Source of the DNA: a virus
Lineage: Duplodnaviria > Heunggongvirae > Uroviricota > Caudoviricetes
Direction: 5' to 3' (one strand)
IMG/VR virus record: IMGVR_UViG_2541047944_000003
Coordinates: 1 to 44,708 of that record
Length of the DNA stretch: 44,708 nucleotides
Below the pieces are notes generated by a model. That model was not told the origin of the DNA. It worked only from the letters and a program-made list of their open reading frames with translations, and searched no databases. The translations under genes and the position numbers were made by a program. Every line of letters starts with the position of its first letter. The stretch's first letter is position 1. Of the stretch, positions 44,128 through 44,708 are shown piece by piece.

Positions 44128-44402
44128 AAGATTTAACTTTGAAGTTTCATGACAAACTGCAGTTTAAGGCCTTCCTGTCATCTCTTGGCTGGGCGGAAGA
44201 TGAAGACCTCCAGAATAAACTGTTAGTTGATGAAATTGGTTTCACCTACACAGAAACAGGGGTAACAGAAGAGGGAGAACCTGTCTGTATCCGGAATGAT
44301 GGTTATTTTGTCAACATTCGCATTCTTGATGACTTGTTTGATGTTTCTGTATTCTCTGATTATGTCGTGGAGCTGGAAACACCGCTTCGGGAATGGAGCT
44401 GA
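44124..44402 (+). CDS. hypothetical acidic protein (92 aa) downstream of stf, possibly fiber-associated
   Basis: ATGA overlap with stf stop; no similarity to lambda Tfa recognised. Confidence 0.45.
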   Translation: MKDLTLKFHDKLQFKAFLSSLGWAEDEDLQNKLLVDEIGFTYTETGVTEEGEPVCIRNDGYFVNIRILDDLFDVSVFSDYVVELETPLREWS

Positions 44403-44414
44403 AAGGAGGAAATA

Positions 44415-44708
44415 ATGGATATAAGCCCCTTACTTCATGCACTTTGTGCTGTGGCTGCGCAGATACTGGTTGGTCTTTTTACCGGAAACTGGGCTTACGG
44501 AGCGATAGCCGGTTGTACGTTCTTCATTGCGCGTGAACATACCCAGGCAGAATATCGCTGGATTGAAATGTTCGGGCATGGCAAGCGAATGAATATGCCG
44601 TGGTGGGGCGGTTTTGATCCGCGTGCTTGGGATGTGGCAAGCCTGATGGATTTTGCTGTGCCGGTGGTGGCGTGTCTGCTGGTCTGGCTGTTGGTTAATC
44701 GTGGGTGA
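44415..44708 (+). CDS. hypothetical membrane protein (97 aa)
   Basis: ORF with GGAGG RBS, two hydrophobic segments, stop at window end. Confidence 0.45.
   Translation: MDISPLLHALCAVAAQILVGLFTGNWAYGAIAGCTFFIAREHTQAEYRWIEMFGHGKRMNMPWWGGFDPRAWDVASLMDFAVPVVACLLVWLLVNRG

Overview
The whole window is internal to a lambda-like (lambdoid) prophage of an enterobacterium, almost certainly E. coli. Identifications rest on reading the translated ORFs against remembered lambda and DLP12 protein sequences; no search was run. Left to right: (1) a leftward early operon (1-6650, minus strand) with small unknown genes, an Ea22-like protein, an SSB with an unusual C-terminal extension, a Rad52/Erf-type annealing protein, cIII-like and N-like genes, plus rightward sieB; (2) an immunity region (6650-9800) with nutL, OL, a chimeric cI, OR, cro, nutR and a chimeric cII, and a low-GC two-gene cassette of unknown function sitting downstream of cI in the position lambda uses for rexAB; (3) lambda-type O (with ori iterons) and P; (4) a markedly AT-rich insertion (11.43-14.6 kb) encoding a calcineurin-like metallophosphoesterase with an unknown N-terminal domain and a HAD-family phosphatase, with its own promoter-like sequence; (5) a DLP12-like nin/Q region (ybcN, ninE, ybcO, rusA, ylcG, Q); (6) an OmpC-family porin gene antisense in the late leader; (7) an S21-type holin, SAR endolysin and Rz/Rz1; (8) an IS66-family element (19547-22245) with an 8-bp target duplication spanning a start codon; (9) cos and a near-lambda head and tail module (Nu1 to J), with J diverging in its C-terminal part, no lom, and a chimeric side tail fiber. 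The two low-GC cassettes (7015-8321 and 11548-14027) are the best candidates for an undescribed defence or counter-defence system; I could not assign either to a known system from sequence alone.
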